Below, one piece after another: positions 46,209 to 59,033 of a DNA stretch of 64,000 bases. The position numbers were made by a program, and so were the translations under genes. The stretch spans positions 102,736,001-102,800,000 of the forward strand of contig NC_058373.1 of NCBI RefSeq assembly GCF_018350175.1, written 5' to 3'. This DNA is from Felis catus. Lineage: Eukaryota. The notes under the pieces were generated by a model. That model did no database searches. It saw nothing but the letters and a program-made list of their open reading frames with translations, and had not been told where the DNA came from. Position 1 is the first letter of the stretch, and every line of letters begins with the position of its first letter.

Positions 46209-46886
46209 AAATGCTTATGTTACCCTCAGTGTTTTAACTTTAGCCATCATTTTTGCTCAGTGTTTTCTCCCTCTCGTTGAACTCTCTTAAAACTAGTACT
46301 TATGATGAGAAAAAAATCCAAACTACTACCTGATGATTAAATTGGAAGTTTAATTTGCTTAATCATCAAAATGTAGATAATAGATTAATATCTGATGTCA
46401 GGAAAATTACTTCTTTTTAGTATGTACCACAAGTACATATGAATTGTTCAGAATAATGCTGTACAGTTTTGATAAGGCAAAGACAGTGTTTGAAAGACAA
46501 AAATGAGAGAGGTGATGATATGTAGTAATTTAGTTTTCTAAATCCTAATATATGTTACTTAGCATGTAGGGGTAGGTATATTGATCTCACAGACTTAATT
46601 TGTAAACCCTTAAGCCTTCTCTTCTCATTTGGAAGTCTTCCTATCCATCTCCTATCCCTCCTCCCTCTCTCCCTCCCCAAAAGAGAAGATTATCATTCCT
46701 TCCCTTTTTCATGAGTTGAGGTCATTTTTTTCAGCTTTGAACTGGCAACACTAGTACTTTATAGTATACCTTTTTTTTTGTTACCTATCTTTCAGATATC
46801 TATTTTTCTTTATGTTTCATATTTGCCTAGCTTCTCAGTATTCAAAGTGTGTATCTGACCATATCAGAAGATTTTATTACTCCAGA

Positions 46887-47220
46887 GTCTTAGTCTGGGC
46901 TGCTATAACAAAAATCCCATAGACTGGGTGGCTTAAACAACATTTATATTTGATGGTTCTGGGGGCTGCAGAGTCCAAGATCAAGGCTGCAGCAGATTCT
47001 GTGCCTGGTGAGACCTTCCTGGTTTAAAGACGGTCATCTTCCCACAGTGTCCTTGCATGGCAGAAGGGGCAAGAGAGCTCTCTTCGATCTCTTTTAGAGG
47101 GACACTAATCCCATTCATGATGGTGGAGTCTTCCAAAGGCCTCACTTCCAAATGCCATTGCATTGGGAGTTAGACTCTCAACATATAAATTTTGGGAGAC
47201 ACAAACATTCAGACCGTAAC
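46887..47220 (-). mobile_element. MaLR LTR, MLT1A-like
   Basis: gggctgctataacaaaa...gggtggcttaaacaaca...acattcagacc. Confidence 0.85.
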
Positions 47221-47289
47221 GTTCAGGTCCTGTTACCTTGGAACCAGCGTATGGAATCCTGGGGAGGTAGGACGATAATTTTAAAAGCA

Positions 47290-47535
47290 GTCACTTTATG
47301 AGTGTGCTCCTAAGCATGAGCAGGCTTCTGACATGTGGTCATTCATTTAATCTTGACAACAACCTAGGACGGTAGATAGGTGGTATTATCATTATCATTA
47401 TCATTATTGATTATTACCATTTTACAACGGACCCAAAGAGGTTCCTGTAATTTGCCCAAGGTCATGCAGCTGGTAACTGGGTGAGCTGGGATTTGAGTTG
47501 AGGTGATCTCTGCCCAGCACCTATGCTCTTAATCA
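47290..47535 (-). mobile_element. MIR
   Basis: cattttaca...aatttgcccaaggtcatgcagc...gctgggatttga. Confidence 0.7.
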
Positions 47536-48134
47536 GTACTTTTCTTCTCCTTTAATCCACGCATTCTGTGCTCTGACCCCTTTTGTTGCTGCTTTCTTTT
47601 CTCTTCATCTGGCTAATCCTTAGTTGCCAGCCTCTTCTTGCTTGTGTAGTCAATTCTGACTTTTTCCTAAAGTTGATATTTGGTTTGTCGGTAGTGAATT
47701 GGAGAGGCTCTCGATGTTATCCAGAAAAAATTGAGGGAAAGTTTTGTGTATGTGTTTTGCATGTATGTTCATTCCCTACTCTTGTGTGACAAATAGATTT
47801 TGTTTATGATGTAGTTGTCTCTTGTTTCTGAAAGAAAGATGTTCTTTTATAGCAGTATTGAAGCATAAAGACTAGTGTTCCAGATAAAAGCTGGCATTTA
47901 TTTCTATGTGTTACACTGGCTATCACAGTGCTCAGGTTTTCATTTTCTGGGATATGTTTGTGTAGCACTTAATAGTATCCTGTACCAGTGGGCTAGGTAG
48001 ACTTTCTGATCCCCTACTAATCTTGTTTTCAATTAGAGAACATGATAACCAGTGAGAACTTTGCTTTTTAACTTTCTAATTCTTTTCCCCTCAACTTTTT
48101 ATTTTGAAAAAGTTCACACATAAAGAAAAGCTGA

Positions 48135-48326
48135 GGGGCACTTGGGTGACTCAGTTAAGCGTCTGGCTCTTGATTTCGGCTCAGGTCATGATCTTACACT
48201 TCGTGAGTTTGAGCCCCACATTGGGGCTCTGTGCTGACAGCGTGGAGCCTGCTTGGTATTCTCTCTCTCCCTCTCTCTCTGCTTGTCCCCTGCTCACGCT
48301 CACTGTCTCAATATAAATAAACTTAA
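48135..48326 (+). mobile_element. CAN-SINE within an old L1 remnant (~48090-48720)
   Basis: TSD AAAGAAAAGCTGA at 48122 and 48327. Confidence 0.92.
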
Positions 48327-48732
48327 AAAGAAAAGCTGAAAGAATGGTGCAACACTCATACATCCTTCACCTGCTTGATCTCTTTATGTGTATACATGTA
48401 TTTTGTTGATGTCAAACCATTTGAAAGTAACTTACAGATACCATGACATTTTATCCCAAAGCACTTCAATATGTATCTCTGAAGAACATAGTCATTCTCT
48501 TATAAATCCACAGTAGTATCATTATCACATCCAAAAAAACAAAAAAAACCCAAGAAACAAAAAAAAATCCCTCAAAAAAGCAGTAGTTCTATAAAATCAT
48601 CCAGTATTAAAAACCATATATTCAAATTTTTTCAATTTTACCACAGATACCTTTTTAGCTGTTTTTCCCAAACCAGTCACAATTGTATGTGTTGTGTTTG
48701 GATAAATCTTTTTAGTCTCTATAATGGCTTTT

Positions 48733-48980
48733 ATTTATTTATTTATCTATCTATCTATCTATCTATTTATTTTTTCTCAACGTTTATTTATTTTTGGGAC
48801 AGAGAGAGGCAGAGCATGAACGGGGGAGGGGCAGAGAGAGAGGGAGACACAGAATCGGAAACAGGGTCCAGGCTCTGAGCCATCAGCCCAGAGCCCGATG
48901 CGGGGCTCGAACTCACGGACCGCGAGATCATGACCTGGCTGAAGTCGGACGCCCAACCGACTGCGCCACCCAGGCGCCCC
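48733..48980 (-). mobile_element. CAN-SINE, young SINEC_Fc-type, with (TTTA)/(TCTA) tail
   Basis: TSD TATAATGGCTTTT at 48720 and 48981. Confidence 0.96.
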
Positions 48981-49199
48981 TATAATGGCTTTTAAAGTTT
49001 CACTTCTTATAGTCATTTTATCTGACTTGGAAAGCTTCACATGACCTCAGAAAATCTCAGCCTGAAACTTTGTTCATTCATGGGGGAGAGTTGTAAATTC
49101 CAGTGCGCCTCACCTGATTAGCTTTATGTTTTCTTGAGTAAAACTAATAAAAATGGATTCCCGGTGTTGTTCTTTTAAAAGTTTCCTAATAGTACTTTC

Positions 49200-49482
49200 T
49201 TTCTTTCTTTTTTTTAAATATACTTTATTGTCAGATTGGCTTCCATACACTACCCAATGCTCATCCCAACAGGTACCCTCCTCAATGCCCATCACCCACT
49301 CCCCCCACCCCCCACCCCCCGCCCCGTCAACCTTCAGTTTGTTCTCTGTATTTAAGAGTCTCTTATGGTTTGCCTCCCTCCCTCTCTCCCTGTTTGTAAC
49401 TTTGTTTTTGCCCTTCCCCTCCCCCATGGTCTTCTGTTAAGTTTCTCAAGATCCACATATGAGTGAAAGCATACCGTATCTG
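49200..49482 (-). mobile_element. 5'-truncated felid L1 3' end
   Basis: Similar to 8600-8870; 17-bp TSD TTCCTAATAGTACTTTC at 49183 and 49483. Confidence 0.92.
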
Positions 49483-49746
49483 TTCCTAATAGTACTTTCA
49501 AATCCCTACATTATTCTCAGTTTGGTCTGAGGCTTTCACTCATATATTTTTAAATCCACCTCATAAGCTTCTGAATCCCGAGATTTTTTTCTTGTTTTCG
49601 ATTACCATTAGTATAGTTGCTTTGATCCTGGTCAAAAGAGCAGGCTAGATCAAATAGAGTATATATTTTTGATGTTTGACAAATGTCTTCTGATTGCCTT
49701 TTGTTTCTTGTCTTAAAATGAATTTCTTCTTTCTGATCTTTTACAG

Positions 49747-50230
49747 AGTGAAGCAACTGGGAAGCTGTTCATTCAAGGATAACAGAAGGCATTGTATTAT
49801 ATTTTGCCAAATTAAAGCCTTATTTATGTTTTCACCCTTTCTACTTTGTCAGAAACACTGAACAGAGTTTTGTCTTTTCTAATCCTTGTTAGACTACTGA
49901 TTTAAAGAGAGAAAAAAAAAAAAGCCAACTCTGTAGACACCTTCAGAGTTTAGTTTTATAATAAAAACTGTTTGAATAATTAGACCTTTACATTCCTGAA
50001 GATAAAATAAACATGTAATCTTTTATCTTATTTTGCTCAATAAAATTGTTCAGAAGATCAAAAGTGGTAAAGACAATATAAAATTTAACATTTTAATACT
50101 GATGTTGTACACTGTTTTACTTAACATTTTGGGGAGTAACTGCCTCTGACTTCAAGAAAACACTTTTTTGTTGCTAATGTAATCCGTTTTTTGTAATGGC
50201 GTCAGCAAATAAAGGGATGCTTATTATTCA
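49747..50230 (+). other. KTN1: KTN1 terminal exon / 3'UTR (3' end approximate)
   Basis: ttttacag|AG TGA...; would complete the GAG TGA ancestral end; AT-rich, repeat-free, several AATAAA. Confidence 0.85.
50208..50213 (+). terminator. Distal AATAAA polyadenylation signal (proximal AATAAA at 49960, 50006, 50039)
   Basis: Canonical hexamers in the terminal exon. Confidence 0.65.
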
Positions 50231-50709
50231 GACTTGCTCCAATTTTCATTGCGCTGTAACAGATCTCATTAGTCCTACAGATCGACATGATTTAGAATAC
50301 AGTTATTAACTGCAGCTTTTGGGCAGGAAAGATAGGTGTTAACTGTTCATACACTTTCTCTGAGGGGAGTTCTGGGTCTTCTCTGTGGCTGTGTGCAGTG
50401 TAAACTGTGTCCGGCAGTGCATGGGAAGGAGGAGGCACAAGAATACAGCTCTCAAACTCACCACTGCAGCTTCCGGTGGGAGAGCTCTCCTTTTACACTT
50501 CCTGTTACTTTCTTAACTAAGTTTTAGTTTCCGTCTTGTCAGGCACATGTTACATAGTTTGCATGTATCATTTTTTGTTGAAGAGAGTTTTAATTCATTA
50601 AATAATTTTATGAAAGCACTGGACCCTAACAGATGCTAAATAACCAGTGAAAGATCTCTTGTGCCATTGAGGGTTTTTTTGTTTTGGTTTTTTGATTTTG
50701 GGTTTTTTT

Positions 50710-50802
50710 TCTTCCTTCCTTCCTTCCTTCCTTCCTTCCTTCCTTCCTTCCTTCCTTCCTTCCTTCCATCCATCCATCCATCCATCCATCCATCCATCCA
50801 TC
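50710..50802. repeat. Compound (CCTT)n(CCAT)n microsatellite
   Basis: Read directly. Confidence 0.97.
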
Positions 50803-50829
50803 GAGTATTAAAGTGCCTGTTAGGCCATA

Positions 50830-51165
50830 CTATGGCCTCCTTGCTTTTTCAGTAATGCTTCTACCTAAAACTCTCTTCTCTTGGATATGTCTTGGCTTCT
50901 TCATCTTGAAATCTGTTTGAATGTCACCTTTTTCATCAGGTCTTTCTTGACCTTCCAGTATCCCCCTTGCCTCCCTATCCACCTACCTACTTTTGTCTAT
51001 GATGTTTATAAACTCCAATGTATACTTGGTCACACCTATTCCTTCCACCAGAAAGTAGCTCCATGAGGACAGGAATCTTCTCTTCTGTTCTTTGCTTTTT
51101 CTCCAGTCCTGGGAAAGTGCCTGGCACTTATTTGTGCTCAGGTAATGAAACGAATGAATGGATGA
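50830..51165 (+). mobile_element. L2 3' end
   Basis: gctccatgaggacagg...gtgcctggcac...gaatgaatg. Confidence 0.7.
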
Positions 51166-51398
51166 AATTCGTTTTTATAGTTTGAGGATTATCTAAAGTG
51201 ATACCTTCTAACCTTTTCACATCACACCATGCACACCAAATAGTATTTCTAAATTATGTAGAAATAAACTGGAGAGGTTGCTCATGGCCAGTGATGACCG
51301 GCCTGAGGACTTGGACTACCCCACACCTTACCTAGCTGCTTTCAGCAAACGCCTGGAAAATTGATCTGAAGGCCAGATACCATATCATCATCATCACC

Positions 51399-51402
<4 letters not shown>

Positions 51403-51450
<48 letters not shown>
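51403..51450. repeat. (TC)24 microsatellite
   Basis: Read directly. Confidence 0.97.
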
Positions 51451-51453
<3 letters not shown>

Positions 51454-51979
51454 CTTTTCCCTCTGCCGTTGTCTATAAGGATAGCTAGGTCCCTGCCATC
51501 TGAAAAAGGCAAACAAATCCCGCCTTTCTTACAACCTCTTGCTCCTCTCCTTTCAGAGCTTAGTTCCTCCAAAGAAATTTGTAATTGTACTATTTTTCAA
51601 CCTCCTCGTATATTTGAATGTTTGAAAAAATAATTGCAAGAGACTAAGGATTCAGTCCAATCTCATTAATTTGTGTCCCCTCCCTCAGGATCCTAAGCAA
51701 GTATGCATTCATCTTTTTGCATCTGAAATGGCAGGAAGTTCACAACATTGCCTGTTGATGATTTGGGACAGTTTTGCAATTGTCTCTTCTGTCCTCCACT
51801 GTCCACCTTTCCCCAGTGTGTTATAAGCAGATTGCCCAGAGAAGAAAGGAGCATCGAGAGAGAGTCCTATGTCCTCCGTCTCTAGTGACTCCCTTTGCCA
51901 CTGTTGGAGCCAACTGAGGCCGGAAGCCCTAAGAAATTTCCTCAGGTTGAAGAGAGCCTACAGGAAGGGGAGAATGACC

Positions 51980-52523
51980 ACTGCCCAATGTGAACAAAAT
52001 CATGCATGGTACAAGATCCATTTAAAGAGCGAGATAAACTCATGGATTTTAGTGTAACAGTACAAAAAGCTCACTCATTGGGCTTCAGACTCCACTTTGC
52101 AATTCATCTTTAAGAAGTTACAACATGTAGAGTTGTGCTATTGTGTCAGAGAATATCCACGCTGTCTGAATGACTGTTCCTCTGTTTTCCAGTGAGGCCA
52201 GATTTCCTTTGTATGCTCCAACCCAGACAGCATACCACAGCAGACTGCATGCAGAAGCAGGTGTCTTTTATTAAGCCAGATAGTAAGGAAATTTGCAAAC
52301 ATGTAATGCCAGTTTTCTCACCATTGTTTTGGTTGGTTGGTTTTGGAAAATGAAGTTACGTTTCACAAAAGCATGTTCATTATGTTATTTTAAAATAGGA
52401 AATAAACATCTACATTTTTCTTGGTTTCAATTTCTAATACGTTGAATATTCTAGAAATACCAAAACCAAAAGCTTTTGAAAGTGTAAAGGAATTCTGAGA
52501 CCAAACATCTTAGAGCTACTGGT
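51980..52523 (+). mobile_element. Charlie1-like hAT transposon 3' remnant, left boundary uncertain
   Basis: atgcagaagcag...tattaagccaga...atttgcaaa...agtgtaaagg...ctgagaccaaa. Confidence 0.7.
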
Positions 52524-52721
52524 CTTTAGCATGTTGTTTTGTCCAGCACTTTTTAATTGTACTGAGCAATTCTGTCAGCACTTTCTGGTTGTAGTTTGTT
52601 TTATACTTAATCCGTTTATTTATTTAAAACGATAAAAACGTTTTCAGTCTTTTTTTGGCTTATTTTCTGCTGTGCCAACTTCTTGTTTTTAAAATTTATT
52701 TTCAATTTTCTTGTCATTTTA

Positions 52722-52954
52722 TTTTTTATTTTTTAATTTTTTTTAAATGTTTATTTATTTTTGAGACAGAGAGAGACAGAGCATGAACGGGGGAGGAGCA
52801 GAGAGAGAGAGAGAGGGCGACACAAAATCTGAAGCAGGCTCCTGGCTCTGAACTGTCAGCACAGAGCCCAACGCGGGGCTCGAACTCAAAGACCATGAGA
52901 TCGTGACCTGGGCAGAAGTCGGACGCTTAACCGACTGAGCCACCCAGGCGCCCC
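52722..52954 (-). mobile_element. CAN-SINE
   Basis: TSD TTCTTGTCATTTTA. Confidence 0.94.
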
Positions 52955-53047
52955 TCTTCTTGTCATTTTAGATTGTAAGTTCTCTGTTACTACTTTATAC
53001 CCCACAGATTTTGATATGTAGGGATTTTTTTGTCTTTCAGTTCTTAA

Positions 53048-53288
53048 ATTTATTTATTTTTTTTACATTTTATTTATTTTTGAGAGAGAGAGACAGAGCA
53101 CAAGTGGGGGAGGGGCAGACAGATTGAGAGAGAGAGAGGAGAGGGAGAGGGAGACACAGAATCTGAAGCAGACTTCAGGCTCTGAGCTGTCAGCACAGAG
53201 CCCGACATGGGGCTCAAACTCAAAAACTGTGAGATCATGACCTGAGCCGAAGTTGGACGCTTAACCAACTGAGCCACACAGGGGCCCC
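53048..53288 (-). mobile_element. CAN-SINE
   Basis: TSD CAGTTCTTAA. Confidence 0.93.
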
Positions 53289-54570
53289 CAGTTCTTAATT
53301 TTTAAAAAATCGTGAATATTTCAGACATACAGAAAATCATGGAAAAAACCTGTGGAGAAAATCATGGAAAAAACAATGGAGAAAAACCTGTGTATCCCCT
53401 CAGTATAAAGTATTAACATTCTCTTCTATTTGCATTTAAAAAAAAAATAAGGTACAGTTTAAATATCTTGTATACCCCTCCCTGGTCCCATTTCCCTCCC
53501 TCTCCAGAGGTAGCCAAAGGTGATGTTTATCATTTAATTTCACATTGTTATACAATTAACACCCATGTATCCAGAAACAAAATGTTTTGCACATTTTTAA
53601 ATTTTATATAAATTATTCTATTTGCTTTACTTGTTCAATATTAGCTTTAAAATTTATACATGGAGCTTTTCTTCATTTTTATAGATATCCCACAATTTAT
53701 TTGTGTATTCCTCTAAGGGACATCTAAAATATCACTACATTATGAAAATTTTATCTAACTTCGATTTCCTTTATGCCAAGAGATTTTTTTTTTTTAGTGT
53801 TTTTCACATCCTAGATTTTTAAAGTATTGTTTCTTAGTATTATATTTGAGTCTGTGAACATAACCTGTATGACACCAATTTCCTGATTTTGTGAAGACTT
53901 TAGAAGAAAGAAAAACTATAAGCCAAAAAATAAAATTATTTAGTTTTGGTTTAGAGTAAAAGAGGTTATCAGCAAGAATGTTAAGCTTTGGCAGGAAATG
54001 ATTTCATTATGTGAAGTCATTTGAAATCTCAAATTACCAGGCTCATTCTTATCCTCTTCAGTTAGAAAATAAGAATTGGGTAGTAGTTATTTTCTGGTGA
54101 TCCCAGGAACACAGGAAACAGTCAAAGAGGTGGGGGAAGGTCTTATTTACATTTACATTTATGCATTCTCTTGCTATGAAGAATCCAGAAGTTATGACTT
54201 TTTTAGTTCAGAGCAGGTTCTTCCTGAACTATTCCAGAGTTCTTGGGATTTCATTCAATGCCAAAATACAAAGTTTCTGTTTTTCTACTCAATGTACTAT
54301 TCATTTCAAAATCAATAAAATACGGTATTCTAATCCATAGACCATAGTTGTGGGAAATGGAAATTCACTTACGTTGATGAATTGTGTTGACTTGTGCAGG
54401 CTTTTCGGCCCTGGGCATCTAGTTTTTCTTGTTCGCTGTGCAAGTAGTAAAAAGATGTGGCTATAGTAAATTCTAACCCAAATACAATAATGCGTTTTCT
54501 TCAGTTGCTTTGTTGCCAATGGCCAATATTTGTAAATATTCCAAGCAACTGAAAAGAATGGATATTTTCT

Positions 54571-54767
54571 TTAAGTTATTTTTATTATTATTATTTGTAT
54601 TTTTAGAGAGAGAGTGCAGGGGAGAGGGGCAGAGGCAGAGAGAGAATCCCAAGTAGGCTCCACACTCAGTGCAGAGCCCGACACGGGCCTCCCTCCCATA
54701 ACCCTGGTATCATGTGAGCCAAAATCAATAGTAGGATGCTCAACTGACAGAGCCACCCAGGCGCCCC
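54571..54767 (-). mobile_element. CAN-SINE, older
   Basis: TSD AATGGATATTTTCT at 54557 and 54771. Confidence 0.92.
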
Positions 54768-55659
54768 AACAATGGATATTTTCTATTTGTTACATTCAAA
54801 TTTGTTAAGGGATACATTCCTACCATGTTTCTGGTTTATTAGGTCTTAGATGGGGTCAAGAATTTGCAATTTAGAGAGTTCCACGTGATGCTAATGTGGG
54901 TTTGGGAAGAACACTTTGAAAATCATGCAGTATGGTTTTCAATTTCCTTCTTTTGCAGTTTCTTGGCAGTTTCTTGTGAAATGACAGTTCTTGTTTTCAA
55001 ACATTGCTAAGGATTTGCTATTTATTTTTATATCATTTCTATAATTTCTACAAATTTGGGGAGGGGGAAAGAGATTGTAGCATGTCGATCTACTATTTGG
55101 GAAACGCTTCTCCCAAAGCCTAAAAAAGGTAAAGTGTTAATTGGTTTTCTTGGTGTTCTTGGTGTTACTTGATATTTCCTGGTTATGCCACACAGGTATT
55201 TTTTTTTAAAAAAACAAGTTTACCTTAAGCCTTTTTCCTTGTTGGTGAATTTCTTTATTCCCCCTATTCCAAGCCTGAATATGCATGAATGTTATTCTCC
55301 CTCTGACTAATGTTAGAATTTTTATCTCCTTAGGAACAATCAGGTGGAATAATTTTTTTTTCCTCTTGATACCAAGGACATGATTTATGCAACCACCAAT
55401 GTGAGGACGGTATAGAAACTCAGATATATAAGACTCTTAAAGAATCTTTTTCTTGATATCCTCTTGGGGACAGTCTGTACAGATTTGGTTTTCTGTCAGG
55501 TGAACATGTCCAATCAGATGGAACAGGCGTTTCTAACAAACTTTTTGACTGTAACTTGATGCCTATTTTGAATAAACTAATTTCATTTCCTACCATACTT
55601 GCATAAAAGGTACAAAACTTTCTCATATGTGCTCAACTGGTTTTCATGCTATGAGTGGC

Positions 55660-56043
55660 CCTAACAGACAGCTGGCCCTGAGCTCTCTTACAGCGGCGTT
55701 AGGAAATGCCTGCAAGCACTCCTGGCCGCGATTTTCTGTCGTCTGCACCCTGTGGATGTCCCTGCTTATCCAGCGACTGTAGACCAGCTCTGGCCCTGGG
55801 CCACCCAGTGGACTTCTGTGCCCTCACTGGGCCGCAACAACACCTTCTGTGAGGCTTGAACTCCAACCCTTCCCTCCAAGCTGTCCTTCAATATGAACTC
55901 TCCCTCAGCCCCCATGTGATGTTTAGAGTTCCTTTTACTCCGTTACAGGTCATCCTCTGGCATAATGAATAATTCTTTATATTAAACATGACCTGTTCAA
56001 ATTTTGTGGGGTTTTGTCTCCTGATTTGACCTTAACTGATACA
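55660..56043 (+). mobile_element. ERVL-type LTR remnant, approximate
   Basis: 3' end gtctcctgatttgaccttaactgataca resembles ERVL LTR termini. Confidence 0.45.
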
Positions 56044-56419
56044 CCTGCCAAACCTCCTCTCCCAGATTCTCATCCTCACACCGCCATGTGTTTTCTTACC
56101 ACTGACCCAGTCTCTCTCCTTGCTTTGTTCTCACCTCAGCCTTTGTACTTCTCCCTTAGAAAAGAGATGCCCTCTTCCATTCTTTAAAAACAAAACAAAA
56201 AAACCCTCGCTTGAATCTCATGCTGTCTAGAAATACTGCCTCTCCTCTTTGCTGCCAACCATACACCTCCAAGTCCCTCGTCCCCGTTTGTTGAAAGTTG
56301 GCATCCACTTTATGGCCTTCTTTCCGGTACAAGCTCCACAACTATCATTAGTGATTTGGACTTCTACATGGGTCCCCTTGCTCAGCAGTCTAGGCTTCAG
56401 TTTCTCCGCTTTGACTTAC

Positions 56420-56882
56420 GGAGTTTACTGTGGCTGCTGTAACAAATCACCGTGAACTTAGTGGCTTAAAACAATACGTACTTCCTCACAGTTCAGAGGC
56501 TGGAAGCCCAAAATGAGTTTCACGGACTAAACGTGTCAGCAGGGTTCGTCCCTTCTGTAGGCTCTTGAGGAGAATCTGTTCCCTTGCCTTTTCTGGCTTT
56601 GGAAGGCCTCCCGCATTCCTTGGCTGGGGAGCAGCCCTTGCTTGTGTCATTCTGAACACTTGTTCCTGTTGTCACATCTAATTCGTGCTCTTCTTGCCTT
56701 CCTCTGATAGAGACCCTTGTGATTATATTGAAGACTCACCTGGATAATCCAGGATAATCTTCCCATCTCAAAATCCTTGATTATAGCTGAAAGCCCCCAT
56801 TGCTATGTAACATAGTTAGAGGTTCTGGGGAATTCGGATGTGGCTGTCTTTGGGTAGGGGGGCATTATTCAAACTACTGCAA
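56420..56882 (-). mobile_element. MaLR LTR, MLT1C/D-like
   Basis: ggctgctgtaacaaatcacc...cttagtggcttaaaacaa...ggataatccaggataatct. Confidence 0.85.
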
Positions 56883-59033
56883 CTCCAAAGACCTTCATTT
56901 CTTTCCTTGAACCTTGTAATTATTCTCCAAAGACCTTCATTTCTTCAACACCTGTAACCACACCTTGAACCTTGTAATTATTCTCCAACACTGTATCGTC
57001 TGATACAATCTCACATCATTCTTAACGCCACCGTTCCTGTCATTTGCTCTCATGGGGGCTTTAGCCCCTCGATAACCTTTTCAAAAAAAGTCATAATGCC
57101 TGCTCATATTATCCCTTGCTCGATGGTCCATCATATCTACAGCTCTTTTGTGATATATTGAGTTCCATGACCCCCTCATCCCTCACACATCCTGGCAGAG
57201 AGCTCCAAACCTGTGTATTACAGTGGAAGCTATGTGTGAAGTGGGGTGAGATACTGAAAATGGAATATAGGGGGAAAGGACGCTGATGCTCTTAATTCCC
57301 ACATCCACTCTGATGGCATAAAAGGGTTCAAAGTTAGAACAAGTTGAGAGGGAATTTTTCAGAGATTGCTTTTATCGGGCCGTGAGTCCCATCTCCACCA
57401 AGGGGGAGAAATAGGTGGTGGGTGGCAGGGAGAATCATTCATCTCCAGTCAAGAGGGAAGGCTTTCAATGGGACCATCTCGAGAACTTGTAATGAATGCA
57501 TCTTCTGCATTTGGAAAACAGTGGACTGGCGAACGACTCATGGAAAATCCAAAGGCCAAAAGATGGTCACTTGGATAGCAGGTTAGGGGAGAGTTGGCTA
57601 TGCTGGATGGCCTGCATTACCCAAATTTTTCAGAATGAAAGATATGTGGATACCCACCATGGACCGGACAGGAGGCACAGGAGGGAGAAAGCCAATGGGA
57701 CTGTATTGGATTCTGTCCAGAAGGACCATCTGGAGGAGGAAAAGACCCCAGCAGACAAAAGCCAAAGGTACCAGCAGATGCCTAGTAGTTGAAGAAGTAA
57801 GCAGCAAGTCGGAATAGAGATGCTCTTGCCCTCAGGGAAGTGGAGGTGAGAGGTCTCTGTGGCTAAGAATGCAGGATCAGGGTTGATGGAGCCACACCAA
57901 AGAGCTCAGATCCCAGAGTCAGTGCTTGGAGGACAGCTATGCAGAAGCATACTGTGGGGGAGAGAAATAATCTAACTTTAGCCGCTGGGGCTTATCTGTT
58001 GCCACAGCATGTTACAGCCTTTTGGTGTGGTCCCACATACAGCACAGCCATTTACCCCAGAGTCATGGTGAGGAAAGTGAGATGCCACGTGTACAGCGCC
58101 TGGCACATGTTGAGCCCTGGGTAATGTTATTCTTCCTCCCTCCATGGTGAACTAGATGAGCCTCATACGGTAAACACTTGCAAGAGACTGGCACATGTAC
58201 TGAAGTATGTCTATGGCAGGGGCATTGGGCCCTTACTGCCAGGAAGCCAATTTAGATTCTTTGGGCACCATCTCTCAGCCTAATTTATCGGTTTGTCTTT
58301 CTAATTTTGGTTCCAGTATTAGAATTATCTACAGATCTCAACAGAAAGTGGCTTCTTGGTATTGGGCCATATCAAGGTTAAGCACATTCCTTTTTGGCTT
58401 CACTTCTAGGGTGTTTTTTCCTCGCTTGTTTTCTTTTTCTTTTTATTTTTCTTTTTCTTTTTTTTTTTTTTTTTTTTTTGGCTAGGAATAAAGGCACTTC
58501 CCTATAAATATGGGTATACTACAATGTGTTTATGGCAGATGTGTGACTTTTATTCATTCAGTAAGTTTTTGTAAGTCTTCTAGAAGTCAGGCAGAAGGTC
58601 TGGGGCTGGGACATAGCAGAGAACAAGAGACATGGTGGTGTCTTCACAGAATTCAGGGGGCCCCAGGGAGTTACAAATCATGGAAACTCCAGTGGGAAGG
58701 CCATGAGCCAGGTCAGGGCTGGTTCCTGGGAGACACAAGTATCTAAACTTTGGCCTAAAGTGGGAGGCACAAAGAAGGGAATGTAGGGTGGGGAGTGATG
58801 GAGTGGGAGGAGATGGTGGAGCAGGAGGTACAGGAGATAGGGAAGGATAATGTTAGGTATGTTTCCACCTTCATCTAAATAATTCTCTCCCATGCTTGAG
58901 CAGGTACATGACAGTGATGACAATTCTGTGCCTAAAGTTTTACTCTTAAAGCATTTCTGAATGAGAACCAGCACGTCAATCATGGCACTCATTTATGGAT
59001 TGTGAATTAGGAATCAAGACTCAGCTTAAGCAT

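Noticed and set aside
50598..50855. ORFs with MDGW/KEGR/LPSF repeats
   Set aside because: Translations of the (CCTT)n(CCAT)n microsatellite
57366..58992. Cluster of overlapping 60-104 aa ORFs downstream of KTN1
   Set aside because: No recognisable domain, splice structure or codon pattern; expected in moderately GC-richer DNA
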